From positions 445,005-485,004 of the forward strand of contig NZ_OZ257250.1 in assembly GCF_965279545.1 (NCBI RefSeq): DNA of 40,000 nt. The letters run 5' to 3'. Shown in pieces: positions 1-10,571 of this stretch. A model generated the notes under the pieces. It did not search any database, was not told the origin of the DNA, and saw only the letters and a program-made list of their open reading frames with translations. A program made the position numbers and the translations under genes. Source of the stretch: Methylibium sp. Lineage in GTDB: Bacteria > Pseudomonadota > Gammaproteobacteria > Burkholderiales > Burkholderiaceae_C. The number at the start of each line of letters is the position of its first letter. Position 1 is the first letter of the stretch.

Positions 1-552
1 CGCGGCCAGCGTGTCGAGGTCCGGCCCGCCGCCGCTGCCGACGCGCGACAGCGTCATCACGATCAGGCGCTGCGGCCACAGCGCCGGCGCGTCCCACACG
101 CCGGCCGGGTCGAGCGGCATGCCGTGGCGCTGGTCCAGCGAGAGCAGGGCGCGCGAGGGCGGCTCGAAGCAGCGCGCGAGTTCGTCGCGCGCGCGCAGCG
201 ATTCGCTGCCGAACACCGGCGTGACCCGCGTCGCCGACGGGCCCAGTCGGGACAGCAGCCTCTCGGCGTCGGCGTGCCCGCCGAAGCCGGCATCGAGCCA
301 GAGCTGCAGCGCCGGCCGTGCCTCCAGCAGCGCCGCGACCGTGTCGACCTGCGGGGCGCGGCCCTGCAGTGCATCCAGGTCGGCGACATACAGCGTATCG
401 ATGGCACAGTGTTCGCATAGACGACTGGCCACGGTCAGCGGATCGGCGCTGTGGCACAGGGCCGACTCGATCGGCCGGTAGTGCTGCCGATCGCCGCGCA
501 CCGCGCGGACTACCTGGCCGCCCAGCAGGTCGATGACCGGAATGATGTGCAT
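1..552 (-). CDS. HisA/HisF-family protein (HisA paralogue of methylotroph/methanogen C1 clusters), 3' end outside window
   Basis: Manual translation of the reverse strand from ATG at 552: MHIIPVIDLLGGQVVRAVRGDRQHYRPIESALCHSADPLTVASRLCEHCAIDTLYVADLDALQGR..., a typical HisA N-terminus. It stays open to position 1 and is missing from the supplied ORF track. Context is an H4MPT/methylofuran cluster. Confidence 0.8.
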   Translation of the reverse strand, partial: MHIIPVIDLLGGQVVRAVRGDRQHYRPIESALCHSADPLTVASRLCEHCAIDTLYVADLDALQGRAPQVDTVAALLEARPALQLWLDAGFGGHADAERLLSRLGPSATRVTPVFGSESLRARDELARCFEPPSRALLSLDQRHGMPLDPAGVWDAPALWPQRLIVMTLSRVGSGGGPDLDTLAA

Positions 553-555
553 AGG

Positions 556-1521
556 ATGAACCCGACTCTCTTCGTCTACGAGTATCTCAGCGGCGGCGGC
601 CGGGGCGCGGCGCCGGGCGATGACGCCGGCCATGCCGAGCTGCTGCGCGCGGGCCGGGCGATGCGGGCGGCGCTGGTGGCCGAGCTGGCCGCACTGCCCG
701 GCCTGGACCTGCGCTACGCCTGCGGCGCCGGGGTCGAAGCGCTGCCCGCCCAGCAGGGGGCGGCGGTGTGCCCGCGGCCCGGCGAAACGCCGGCGGCCTT
801 CGTGCAGCGCGAGGGGGCGGCGCATGAACGCATCTGGGTCGTCGCGCCCGAGAGCGATGGCCTGCTGCTGCAGCTGGCCGAAGCGGTGCCGCCCGCGCGC
901 TGGATCGGCTGCGACCGGGCCACGATCCGCCTGTGCGCCGGCAAGCGGGCCACGCTTGCGCACCTCGCCGCGCAGCGCGTCCCGACGCCATTGGATTTCG
1001 GCGAGGGCGCGACACACTGGGTCGTCAAGCCGGACGATGGCGCCGGCACGCTGGACACGCGACGCCATGCGCAGCGCGCGGCGGCACAGGCCGACTTGTG
1101 GCGGCGCCGCGCGAGCGGCGCGTCGGCCACGGTGGAGCCCTGGGTCGACGGCGAGCCGCTGAGCCTGTCGCTGCTGTGCCAGGGTGGCGAGGCGGAGCTG
1201 CTCAGCATCAACCGCCAGCACATCGACATCGCCGCCGACGGGCAGCTGCACGATGCGGGCGTGGCGATCAACCAGATCACCCTCGACGACGGGCGCGCGC
1301 CGGCGCTGGCCCGCATCGCGCAGGCCGTGGCGCATGCGATGCCCGGGCTGCGCGGCTTCGTCGGCATCGATCTCGTCTGGCATCCGCGGCGCGGGCCGGT
1401 GGTGATCGAGGTCAACCCGCGCCTGACCTGCGCCTTCGTCGGCCTGTCGGCCGCACTCGGGCGCACGCTGGCGGCCGAGATCCTGGCGCTGCACGAGGAG
1501 CCGGCCGATGCCGCCGCCTGA
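556..1521 (+). CDS. ATP-grasp ligase, MfnD (tyramine-glutamate ligase)-like
   Basis: In-frame ATG at 556 (MNPTLFVYEYLSGGG...) within ORF 451..1521. ATP-grasp features include HWVVKPDDGAGT and GIDLVW...VIEVNPRLTCAFVGL. Confidence 0.75.
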   Translation: MNPTLFVYEYLSGGGRGAAPGDDAGHAELLRAGRAMRAALVAELAALPGLDLRYACGAGVEALPAQQGAAVCPRPGETPAAFVQREGAAHERIWVVAPESDGLLLQLAEAVPPARWIGCDRATIRLCAGKRATLAHLAAQRVPTPLDFGEGATHWVVKPDDGAGTLDTRRHAQRAAAQADLWRRRASGASATVEPWVDGEPLSLSLLCQGGEAELLSINRQHIDIAADGQLHDAGVAINQITLDDGRAPALARIAQAVAHAMPGLRGFVGIDLVWHPRRGPVVIEVNPRLTCAFVGLSAALGRTLAAEILALHEEPADAAA

Positions 1522-2569
1522 GTGGGTGCTCGGCTGGGACGTCGGCGGCGCGCACGTCAAGGCCAGCCTGGTCGAGCGCGGCGTGCTGCGCGACGTGGCG
1601 CAATGGGCGTGCCCGCTGTGGCAGGGGCTGGACCGCCTGGAAGCGGTGCTCGCCGCGGCGCAGGCACGCTGGCCTGGCGCGGCCGGCGCGGCGCATGCGG
1701 TCACGATGACCGGCGAGATGGTCGACCTGTTCGAGCACCGCGAGGCCGGCGTTCACGCACTGGCCGGCCTGCTGGGCGCGGCGCTCCACGGGCCGCTGTG
1801 GTTCTACGCCGGCGAGCGCGGCTGGTGCGCCGCGCCGGACGTGGCGGCGCGGTGGCAGGACATCGCGTCGGCCAACTGGCGGGCCACGGCCGCGCTGGCG
1901 GCGCAGGCCGTCGGCGACGGCGTGCTGGTCGACATCGGCAGCACCACCGCCGACCTGATCCCGCTGCGCGGCGGCGAGGTGGGCGCGCGAGGCCGCAGCG
2001 ACGCGGAGCGCCTGGTCGGCGGCGAACTCGTCTACCAGGGCGTGGTGCGCACGCCGCTGTGTGCGATCGCGCCGCGCGTCGCGTTCCGCGGCCGTGTGTC
2101 GAACGTGATGAACGAGTTCTTCGCGACCACCGCCGACGTCTACCGGCTCACTGGCGAACTCGACCCGGCGCACGATCTGCATCCGGCCGCCGACGGCAGC
2201 GACAAGGGGGCTGCCGCGACGCGCCAGCGCCTGGCCCGGATGATCGGCCTCGATGCGCGCGACGCGCACGAGACCGACTGGCTCGCCTTCGCGCAGGCCT
2301 GGCGCAGCAAGCAGCTCGACGAGCTCCAGGGTCAGCTCGAACGCGTGATCGCCGCCGCCGCGCTGCCGGCCGCGGCGCCGCTGGTCGCCGCCGGTTGCGG
2401 CGACTTCCTGGTCGCGGCGCTGGCCGAGCGGCTCGCCCGCCCCTGCCGCAGCTTCGCTGCGCTGGTGCTGGACGACGCGCCGCAGGCCGGCGAAGCGCTG
2501 CGGCGCCGGGCCCAGGTCGGCGCCCCCAGCGTGGCCGTCGGCCTGCTGTTCAGCCGGGGGGCGGGCTGA
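1508..2569 (+). CDS. H4MPT-linked C1-transfer pathway protein, hydantoinase/oxoprolinase-like
   Basis: 353 aa: VLGWDVGGAHVKASLVERG..., DIGSTTADLIPLRGGEV. Overlaps the upstream gene, in C1 cluster context. Confidence 0.75.
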   Translation: MPPPEWVLGWDVGGAHVKASLVERGVLRDVAQWACPLWQGLDRLEAVLAAAQARWPGAAGAAHAVTMTGEMVDLFEHREAGVHALAGLLGAALHGPLWFYAGERGWCAAPDVAARWQDIASANWRATAALAAQAVGDGVLVDIGSTTADLIPLRGGEVGARGRSDAERLVGGELVYQGVVRTPLCAIAPRVAFRGRVSNVMNEFFATTADVYRLTGELDPAHDLHPAADGSDKGAAATRQRLARMIGLDARDAHETDWLAFAQAWRSKQLDELQGQLERVIAAAALPAAAPLVAAGCGDFLVAALAERLARPCRSFAALVLDDAPQAGEALRRRAQVGAPSVAVGLLFSRGAG

Positions 2570-3177
2570 TGTGGGTCGTCAAGCTCGGCGGCAGCCTGAA
2601 CCAGGATGCCTTGCTGCCTCAGTGGCTCGAACTGCTGGCCGAGCTCGGTGGTGGTCGCGTGATCGTCGTGCCGGGCGGTGGCGCGTTTGCCGAGCAGGCG
2701 CGCGAAGCGCAGGCGCAGTGGCAGTTCGACGATCTGGCGGCCCACAACATGGCCGTGCTCGGCATGGCGCAGACGGCGCTGATGCTGCAGGGCCTGTGCC
2801 CCGCCTTGCAGGCCGCCGCCGGCGAGCAGCCGCTGCGCCGCGTGCTGCTGAGCGGCCAGCCGGCGCTGTGGCTGCCGCTGGACCTGCTGCGCGGCCGGGC
2901 CGATGAGCTGACGAACTGGCGCGTGAGTTCCGACAGCCTCGCGCTGTGGCTGGCGCAGCGGCTGCATGCCGAGCGGCTGCTGGTCGTCAAGTCCTGCGAC
3001 ATCGACGGGCGGCGCACGCTGGCGCAACTGAGCGAAGCCGGGGTGCTCGACGCCGAGTTCGCGACCCGTGCCCGCAACGCCGCCTTCCCGATCGACCTGC
3101 TGCACAAGAGCGAACTGGCGCGGGCCCGCGACCTGCTGCTCGACGAGACGCTCAGCTGCCGGCCGTTCGCGGTGTAG
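2569..3177 (+). CDS. Amino-acid-kinase family protein (MfnE-like)
   Basis: MWVVKLGGSLNQDALLPQWLELLAELGGGRVIVVPGGGAFAEQ...; TGATG overlap with the upstream stop; 202 aa. Confidence 0.72.
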   Translation: MWVVKLGGSLNQDALLPQWLELLAELGGGRVIVVPGGGAFAEQAREAQAQWQFDDLAAHNMAVLGMAQTALMLQGLCPALQAAAGEQPLRRVLLSGQPALWLPLDLLRGRADELTNWRVSSDSLALWLAQRLHAERLLVVKSCDIDGRRTLAQLSEAGVLDAEFATRARNAAFPIDLLHKSELARARDLLLDETLSCRPFAV

Positions 3178-3196
3178 GCCTGCAGTGCCTGGCCCA

Positions 3197-3234
3197 AGCT
3201 TCAATCGGATGCGTTTGAATGCAATCCCGTATCA
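3197..3234 (-). repeat. Stop-codon-anchored element, copy A
   Basis: Minus strand: TGATACGGGATTGCATTCAAACGCATCCGATTGAAG, beginning at the mfnB stop. Confidence 0.7.
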
Positions 3235-3915
3235 CGCCGGCTGCGCCGCGTCTTCGCACTGCAGCCGATCGCGCAAGGCACGAACGCGCTGCGGATCGAG
3301 CGCCGCGGTGCGCGCGCCGTTGCATACGGCGCTGCGAAAGCCCGCGAAGTCCGGTGCGATGGCCTGCAGCCGCGGCAGGTGTTCGAAGCGCAGCGCGCCC
3401 GCCAGTCCGCACAGCTTGCCGCCGCGGCGCACCTGCGTGACGAAGCGCCGCAACTGCGCTTCGCTCGCGAGGTCGAACAGGCTGCCGCGCGCCTTGTCGT
3501 CGGTGTCGAGCATCAGCGCCGGGAAGGCCAGCGCGCCGGCCCGCGCCAGTAGCGCCGTGTCGATGCCGTGATCGGCGATGAACACCGGCACCACGGCGTG
3601 GCCGCAGACCGCCAGCGCATCCAGCAGCGCGTGCTGGCCGGGCGCGACACCGACCTTCACGTAGTCGACCCCGCAGGCCGCGGTCGCGGCCACGCGGTCG
3701 AGCACCGCGTCCATGCCGGCGCAATCGCCGATCGTCGCGCTGATCGGACGACGCCCGCGCTCGCGCTGCAGCGCGGCGACGATGGCCTCGGTCGTGGCCA
3801 GCGGCAGCGCACCCAGGGCGCCGCCAGACGGCTCCTTCAGGTCGATGAAATCCGCGCCGGCCGCGGCCGCGGCCAGCGCCTCGTCGACGCTGCGCACACT
3901 GACGAGCAGCTTCAT
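3232..3915 (-). CDS. mfnB: (5-formylfuran-3-yl)methyl phosphate synthase-like (DUF556)
   Basis: MKLLVSVRSVDEALAAAAAGADFIDLKEPSGGALGALP...ISATIGDC...VDYVKVGV; 227 aa. Confidence 0.85.
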   Translation of the reverse strand: MKLLVSVRSVDEALAAAAAGADFIDLKEPSGGALGALPLATTEAIVAALQRERGRRPISATIGDCAGMDAVLDRVAATAACGVDYVKVGVAPGQHALLDALAVCGHAVVPVFIADHGIDTALLARAGALAFPALMLDTDDKARGSLFDLASEAQLRRFVTQVRRGGKLCGLAGALRFEHLPRLQAIAPDFAGFRSAVCNGARTAALDPQRVRALRDRLQCEDAAQPA

Positions 3916-4502
3916 GCGCCGACTCCGGCCTGGACGCGCTGGCGCGCCACGGCCTCGCGCAGCCAGCCCCAGGCTTCGTGCTCCTCGGGGCCGGCGGTCT
4001 TGTCGATGGCGATCTGCAGGTAGTCCATTTCGGTGTCGATCTTCCCGGGGGCCAGCATCTGCAGGCGACTCACCAGCACCGCGCCTTCGATCACGGCGGC
4101 CTGGGCGCGGTTGAAGCCGGGGAAGGGGGCGTGCGTCAGGTCGAGCACGCGCCTCAGGGTGAGGGTGGGCCGCTCGGCATGGTCGTTGTCGTGCAGCAGC
4201 GCCAGTTCGCTGTGCGCCAGGGCGTTGGCCAGCCGCTGCCCGGCGAAGGACTGCACCGGCAGCAGCGGCCAGCTGCGCGCGCCAAGCCAGCGCGCACACA
4301 CCGCGCCGGCGAACACGCGCGTGTCGGTGGTGAGGTTCAGCACCGCGTGCCGGGTGGTGCGCAGGTTGTCGAGCGTGGCACTGGGCTTGAAGGGCATCAG
4401 CACGACGTGCCCGTCGCGGTAGCGCACGCCGAACGGCGCAATGTGCGGCGTGCCGTCGGCAGCGACGGTCGTGACCACGGTTTCGAAGATCTGGTCGTTC
4501 AT
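3912..4502 (-). CDS. DUF447 family protein (flavin-reductase-like fold), C1 cluster
   Basis: 196 aa: MNDQIFETVVTTVAADGTPHIAPFGVRYRDGHVVLMPF...; ATGA overlaps on both sides. Confidence 0.75.
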   Translation of the reverse strand: MNDQIFETVVTTVAADGTPHIAPFGVRYRDGHVVLMPFKPSATLDNLRTTRHAVLNLTTDTRVFAGAVCARWLGARSWPLLPVQSFAGQRLANALAHSELALLHDNDHAERPTLTLRRVLDLTHAPFPGFNRAQAAVIEGAVLVSRLQMLAPGKIDTEMDYLQIAIDKTAGPEEHEAWGWLREAVARQRVQAGVGA

Positions 4503-6016
4503 GGGGTCTTGCCCTCACCCCCGCCCTCTCCCGCTGGCGCAGGAGAGGGAGCTACTCCCTCGCCCCGTTCACGGGGAGAGGGTGGGGGTGAGGGGGTGTT
4601 CTTGCTGCCGTGGGTCATCGTCGTTCCGGGGGCGCACCAGGCCTCCAGGTCGTCGGCGCGCCGCACGGTGGCGACGCCCCAGTCGAGCGGCTGGTCCTGC
4701 ACGTAGCGCTTGCCCAGCCGCCATGCGATCTCGGCACGTGCAAGTTCCACGCCCATGTAGAAGGCGTGCGCGGCATCGTCTTCGAGCCCCAGCTGCGGCC
4801 ACAGCGCGAAGGCGTCCTGCGCCCGCCGCAGGCCGTCGCGGTTGTAGACGTGCAGGCCGTCGGGCGAGACCTGCACGCGGAAGTTCGGGTCGCGCACCTG
4901 GGCGGCGGTGGCCGCGATCTCCTGCGCGGTGTCGGGAAACGGATGCTTGGCATGCACCGTCATCAGCGCGTCGCTCATGCCCTTGGGCAGGGTGCTGTGG
5001 CGCGAGGCGGCATGCATGATGCGCCGCGCGAGGTCGGCTTCGGCGACGGCGCGGCGTGCGTGTTGGCTCACCTGCGTGGTCAGCACGGCCGCCACGTCGA
5101 GCTCGGCGCACAGGCCGAACAGCAGGGCGTTGATGCCGCTGGTGTCGGCCTCGGTCAGCTCGGTGATGTTGCCCACGCCCATCATGATCGGCGCCTCCGG
5201 GTAGCGCTCGCGCAGCGCGTGGTAGCGCACGATGGAGCGGGTGAAGCCGAACGGGATGGGGTCGAGGATCGGGTCGGCGAGGTAGGGCTTGCCGCGCCGC
5301 TCCATCGTCTCGATCGCCTCGTGCAGCGTGGCCATGTCGGCCTGGTCGCTGGCGATCAGCACCGGCACCGCGGCCACCTCGTCGGCGATCCACAGCGTCT
5401 CGAGCTTCAGGCTCAGCAGGTAGTCGGCGCCGGCGCGGCCGCCGCGCAGCAGCTCGTCGGCACTCATCGAGTCGACGCTGACGTTCCAGCCCTCGGCCTT
5501 CAGCGCCTTCACGCTGTCTTCCAGGTGATCGAAGGGCGTGGCCGGCAGGCAGCCGAGGTCGATCACGTCGGCACCGTCGGCGATGAGCGCGCGCGCCCGC
5601 TCGACGATCGCGGCCACCGTCAGCCGCGGCGCATCGACGATCTCCGCGAAGATCGCCACCTGGTATTCGCTCAGGTCGATCGGCTGGGCCGCGCGGTTGA
5701 AGAAGCGCGGCAGGTCCTTCAGTTCCTCCGGCCCGCGTTGCACCGGCACGCCGTAGTGGGTACTCAGCGCGTCCACGTCGCCGCGGCAGCGGCCAGGCAC
5801 GAGGATGCGGTCCACGCGGCGCGGCCGGCCTTCGGCATCGTGGCCGGCCAGCGGTGCGGTGACGCGGCGCCGGATCATGTCGGCCGTCATCAGCGCCGCG
5901 ACCTGCAGGCCGATCTCGCGCACCTCGTAGCTGAAGGCCGGCGGCTCGATGCCGGCGAGCACGCGCTCCAGGCTGGGCTGCGCCAGCCGGCCGGTCAGGA
6001 AGACGATGTGTTCCAT
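4499..6016 (-). CDS. Dihydropteroate-synthase-like protein of H4MPT clusters (505 aa)
   Basis: MEHIVFLTGRLAQPSLERVLAGI...; ADVIDLGCLPATPFDHLEDSVKALKAEGWNVSVDS; GVGNITELTEADTSGINALLFG. ATG at 6016 within ORF 4499..6292. Confidence 0.8.
   Translation of the reverse strand: MEHIVFLTGRLAQPSLERVLAGIEPPAFSYEVREIGLQVAALMTADMIRRRVTAPLAGHDAEGRPRRVDRILVPGRCRGDVDALSTHYGVPVQRGPEELKDLPRFFNRAAQPIDLSEYQVAIFAEIVDAPRLTVAAIVERARALIADGADVIDLGCLPATPFDHLEDSVKALKAEGWNVSVDSMSADELLRGGRAGADYLLSLKLETLWIADEVAAVPVLIASDQADMATLHEAIETMERRGKPYLADPILDPIPFGFTRSIVRYHALRERYPEAPIMMGVGNITELTEADTSGINALLFGLCAELDVAAVLTTQVSQHARRAVAEADLARRIMHAASRHSTLPKGMSDALMTVHAKHPFPDTAQEIAATAAQVRDPNFRVQVSPDGLHVYNRDGLRRAQDAFALWPQLGLEDDAAHAFYMGVELARAEIAWRLGKRYVQDQPLDWGVATVRRADDLEAWCAPGTTMTHGSKNTPSPPPSPRERGEGVAPSPAPAGEGGGEGKTP
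4512..4594. repeat. REP-like palindromic repeat with 21-nt arms (20/21 complementary)
   Basis: Arm 4512-4532 ccctcacccccgccctctccc pairs with 4574-4594 gggagagggtgggggtgaggg. Lies inside the 3' end of the DHPS-like CDS. Confidence 0.85.
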
Positions 6017-6625
6017 GCGAGGTTCAGCGTCTTCAGCCGCGCGTCGAGTGCCGCTTCGAGTTCGGCCGGCGAGCTCAGCACCTGGCAGAAGTCGATCTGC
6101 CGCAGGCGCTCGACGTTGTCGAGCTCGATGCGCCGCGGCCTCAGCGTGAGCCATTCGCTCGCATGGCTGCGCGGCGCCTTGGTGATGACCACCGGCTCGG
6201 TGTCGCAGGCGAACACCAGGCTGGGCACGCCGAGCTTGCCGGCCTGCGCGAACATGTTGGTCGGCAGCGTGTCCGACAGCCCGAACGCGCACTTGGCGAC
6301 GGTGTTGCTCGTCGCCGGTGCGATCACCACGGTGTGATAGGCCTCGGCGTACAGCCGCCCGACCGGCACCGAGCTCGCGCTCTTGTCGCGGAACACGCGA
6401 AAGCGTTCGCGCAATGCCTCCAGGCGCATGCCGTACAGCGGCAGCACCTCGTCAGCCGCCCCCGACAGGAACAGGTCGACGTTGGGCAGCCGTGCCGCCA
6501 GCGCCATCGACTCCTCGAGGTAGTGCCCGGAGCCGGTCACGCACCACGCGAAGCGCGAACCCGGCGGGTCGTCGGCGGCCGGCGCGTGCTCGTCGCCCAG
6601 CGCTGCCGCCCAGCGCTTCGCCGCC

Positions 6626-8686
<2,061 letters not shown>

Positions 8687-8898
8687 GCTGTCTCCTTAGT
8701 GTTCATGACCGAACGCACGCGGCACTGGCGGTTCGCCAGGGGCCCGGGCGCCATGCCGGTTGCCGCCGGCGATGGTCTCCAGGACCGTTCAGCTTGTCCC
8801 TCACGGGGTCATTGCGTCCCGATTCTGACGCGTCGCTTCGGGGCCTCGTAGGGGGTGGAAGCCCGGGGAGCGGTGTCGAAGTGTTCCAAAATCTGGCA

Positions 8899-8914
8899 TG
8901 GTCCGGGTCTTGCA
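8899..8914 (+). promoter_or_regulatory. Candidate -24/-12 sigma54 promoter
   Basis: TGGTCCGGGTCTTGCA against consensus TGGCACGN4TTGCA: GG and GC elements with exact 10-nt spacing. Lies upstream of the folB-like gene and divergent from a sigma54 activator. Confidence 0.65.
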
Positions 8915-8922
8915 CCCGCAAG

Positions 8923-9444
8923 ATGGTCTTTCAGCACCAGGAGTCGCCCTTGATCGCCGCCCCCCGCCCGCAGCTGCAGTTCACCGCCTCCGACGCCGGC
9001 CGCGATGCCGAAGCGCTGGACCTGATCTTCATCGAAGGTTTCACCGGCCAGACGGTCATCGGCATCCACGACAGCGAACTGCACCGGCCGCAGACCCTGC
9101 GCATCGACGTGACGGCCGGTCTGCCGCGTCCGCGCGCCTGCGACACCGACCGCATCGGCGACACGATCGACTACGGCGTGGTGCGCGAGCGGCTGCAGCG
9201 CCTGCTGAAGGAGCACAGGCTCACGCTGCTGGAGTCCTTTGCCGAAACGGTGGCCGACATCCTGCTCCACGAGTTCGGTGCGCACTGGGTGCGCGTGGTG
9301 GTCGTCAAGCCGAAGAAGTTCGACGATGTCGAGTCGGTGGGCGTGGCGATCGAGCGCCGCCGCGCACCGGAGCCGACGGGCGGGCGCAGCGCCACGGTGC
9401 TGTCGCTGATCGGTGCCGGCATGGTGCCGCCGGGCGGCGCCTGA
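8923..9444 (+). CDS. Dihydroneopterin-aldolase (FolB)-like protein of the C1 cluster; a TTG at 8950 may be the real start
   Basis: DLIFIEGFTGQTVIGIHDSELHRPQTLRIDVTAG...DTIDYGVVRERLQRLLKEHRLTLLESFAETVADILL. AGGAG at 8939-8943 precedes TTG 8950. Confidence 0.78.
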   Translation: MVFQHQESPLIAAPRPQLQFTASDAGRDAEALDLIFIEGFTGQTVIGIHDSELHRPQTLRIDVTAGLPRPRACDTDRIGDTIDYGVVRERLQRLLKEHRLTLLESFAETVADILLHEFGAHWVRVVVVKPKKFDDVESVGVAIERRRAPEPTGGRSATVLSLIGAGMVPPGGA

Positions 9445-9480
9445 TACGGTAGCGTTGCCTTCAACCGCACCCGATTGAAG
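9442..9480 (+). repeat. Stop-codon-anchored element, copy B
   Basis: TGATACGGTAGCGTTGCCTTCAACCGCACCCGATTGAAG begins at the TGA of the folB-like gene and matches copies at 3232 and 30897. Confidence 0.7.
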
Positions 9481-9570
9481 CTCGGGCAGGGGCTCGTTGC
9501 GGCCGTTCGTGTGTGTGTGTGTTGAGGTTCGAAGCGTCTCAATGCCTGCCACCTGCCTTGACCGCGCGCT

Positions 9571-9684
9571 GCTGACCAGGCCGCCGGGCGAACGGCTCCG
9601 TTCGTGTCCCCCGGCGTCGGCCTCGCGGCCGACCCCTCCTCCTCCTCTACCTCACTGCGCCGTTCACCCGACGCCCTGGTCAGC
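9571..9684. repeat. Structured intergenic repeat, copy 1
   Basis: 23-nt inverted arms 9571-9593 / 9662-9684 (20/23 paired) around an inner perfect 7-bp hairpin at 9616-9633. High similarity to 30684-30794; similarity continues downstream to about 9748. Confidence 0.75.
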
Positions 9685-9877
9685 ACGAATCACTGTAGCC
9701 TGCGCAGGCCGTCAAGTCCCGGCTGGCCGCGGTGGTGGCAGCGCTGGGACGGGTTGCTGTGTGGAGTGAAGTAAAGGAGGAGGGCCGGGCGGTAGCCCGG
9801 ACCGGGGGACATGAACGCAACACAGCGACCCGGCGCAGCGCCCCCGCTGACATGTGACAGTCAGCTTTCCGGGTAAA

Positions 9878-9911
9878 ACAAAAGCCGACCGGGCAACCGG
9901 TCGGCTTTTGT
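9878..9911 (-). terminator. Rho-independent terminator downstream of fae
   Basis: acaaaagccgaccgg-gcaa-ccggtcggcttttgt: perfect 15-bp stem, 4-nt loop. Confidence 0.88.
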
Positions 9912-9963
9912 TCGTGAAGGTCCGAGGCTCAGCGCGCCAGGGCGCGCCTCGCCCCGGCCGGCA

Positions 9964-10473
9964 TCACTTGGCCGCGAACGGGTGAGCGGAGCTGCCCTTC
10001 TTGGCGACCACTTCACGGGCGGTCGGCGAGCCGGACACGGCGCGCTTGATCGACTCCTTGACGGCCTGGTAGTTGTAGTCCTGGATCTTCTTGTCGTCTT
10101 CGGCCAGCCAGTGGATGAAGACACCGACGCAGACGAACAGGTTGTCGGCTTCGTCGGCGGGGATGGTGCCGTCTTCGACGCAATCGGCCACCGCCATGGC
10201 CACGCCGCGCTGGGCTGGGCCGAACATCTGCACGGCCTGCTTCGCGCCCTTGATCGTGACCTTGTTGAACATCACGGTTGCGGGCTTGGTCAGCAGGTTG
10301 GGGGCCACCACGGCGAGCAGCGAGGTGAAGCCATCCTTGTTGTTGACGAGCGCGTTGGCGAACGCGGTCTCGGCAGCACTGCCGCGCGGCCCGATCAGCA
10401 GGTCGATGTGAGCCACTTCGTTGCCATCGCCGACGAGCGATTCGCCGACCATCATCCGGTCAATCTTTGCCAT
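9964..10473 (-). CDS. fae: Formaldehyde-activating enzyme
   Basis: 169 aa: [58 protein letters not shown]...; GGAG ribosome-binding site upstream. Confidence 0.96.
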   Translation of the reverse strand: MAKIDRMMVGESLVGDGNEVAHIDLLIGPRGSAAETAFANALVNNKDGFTSLLAVVAPNLLTKPATVMFNKVTIKGAKQAVQMFGPAQRGVAMAVADCVEDGTIPADEADNLFVCVGVFIHWLAEDDKKIQDYNYQAVKESIKRAVSGSPTAREVVAKKGSSAHPFAAK

Positions 10474-10571
10474 GTTGAGTCTCCGTGAGCAAGTTCTGCA
10501 GAAGTGAATGTGAAGAGCACTGGGCGTTGCCAGTACGCCGTGAACTTACACGTTCCATGCCAGCGCCGCAA

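Noticed and set aside
9509-9522. (GT)7 microsatellite
   Set aside because: Short simple repeat in a noncoding gap, not within a promoter or coding start that would suggest phase variation.
10474-10571. Sigma54 promoter upstream of fae
   Set aside because: ctGGcaacgcccagtGC has 11 nt instead of 10 between the GG and GC elements.
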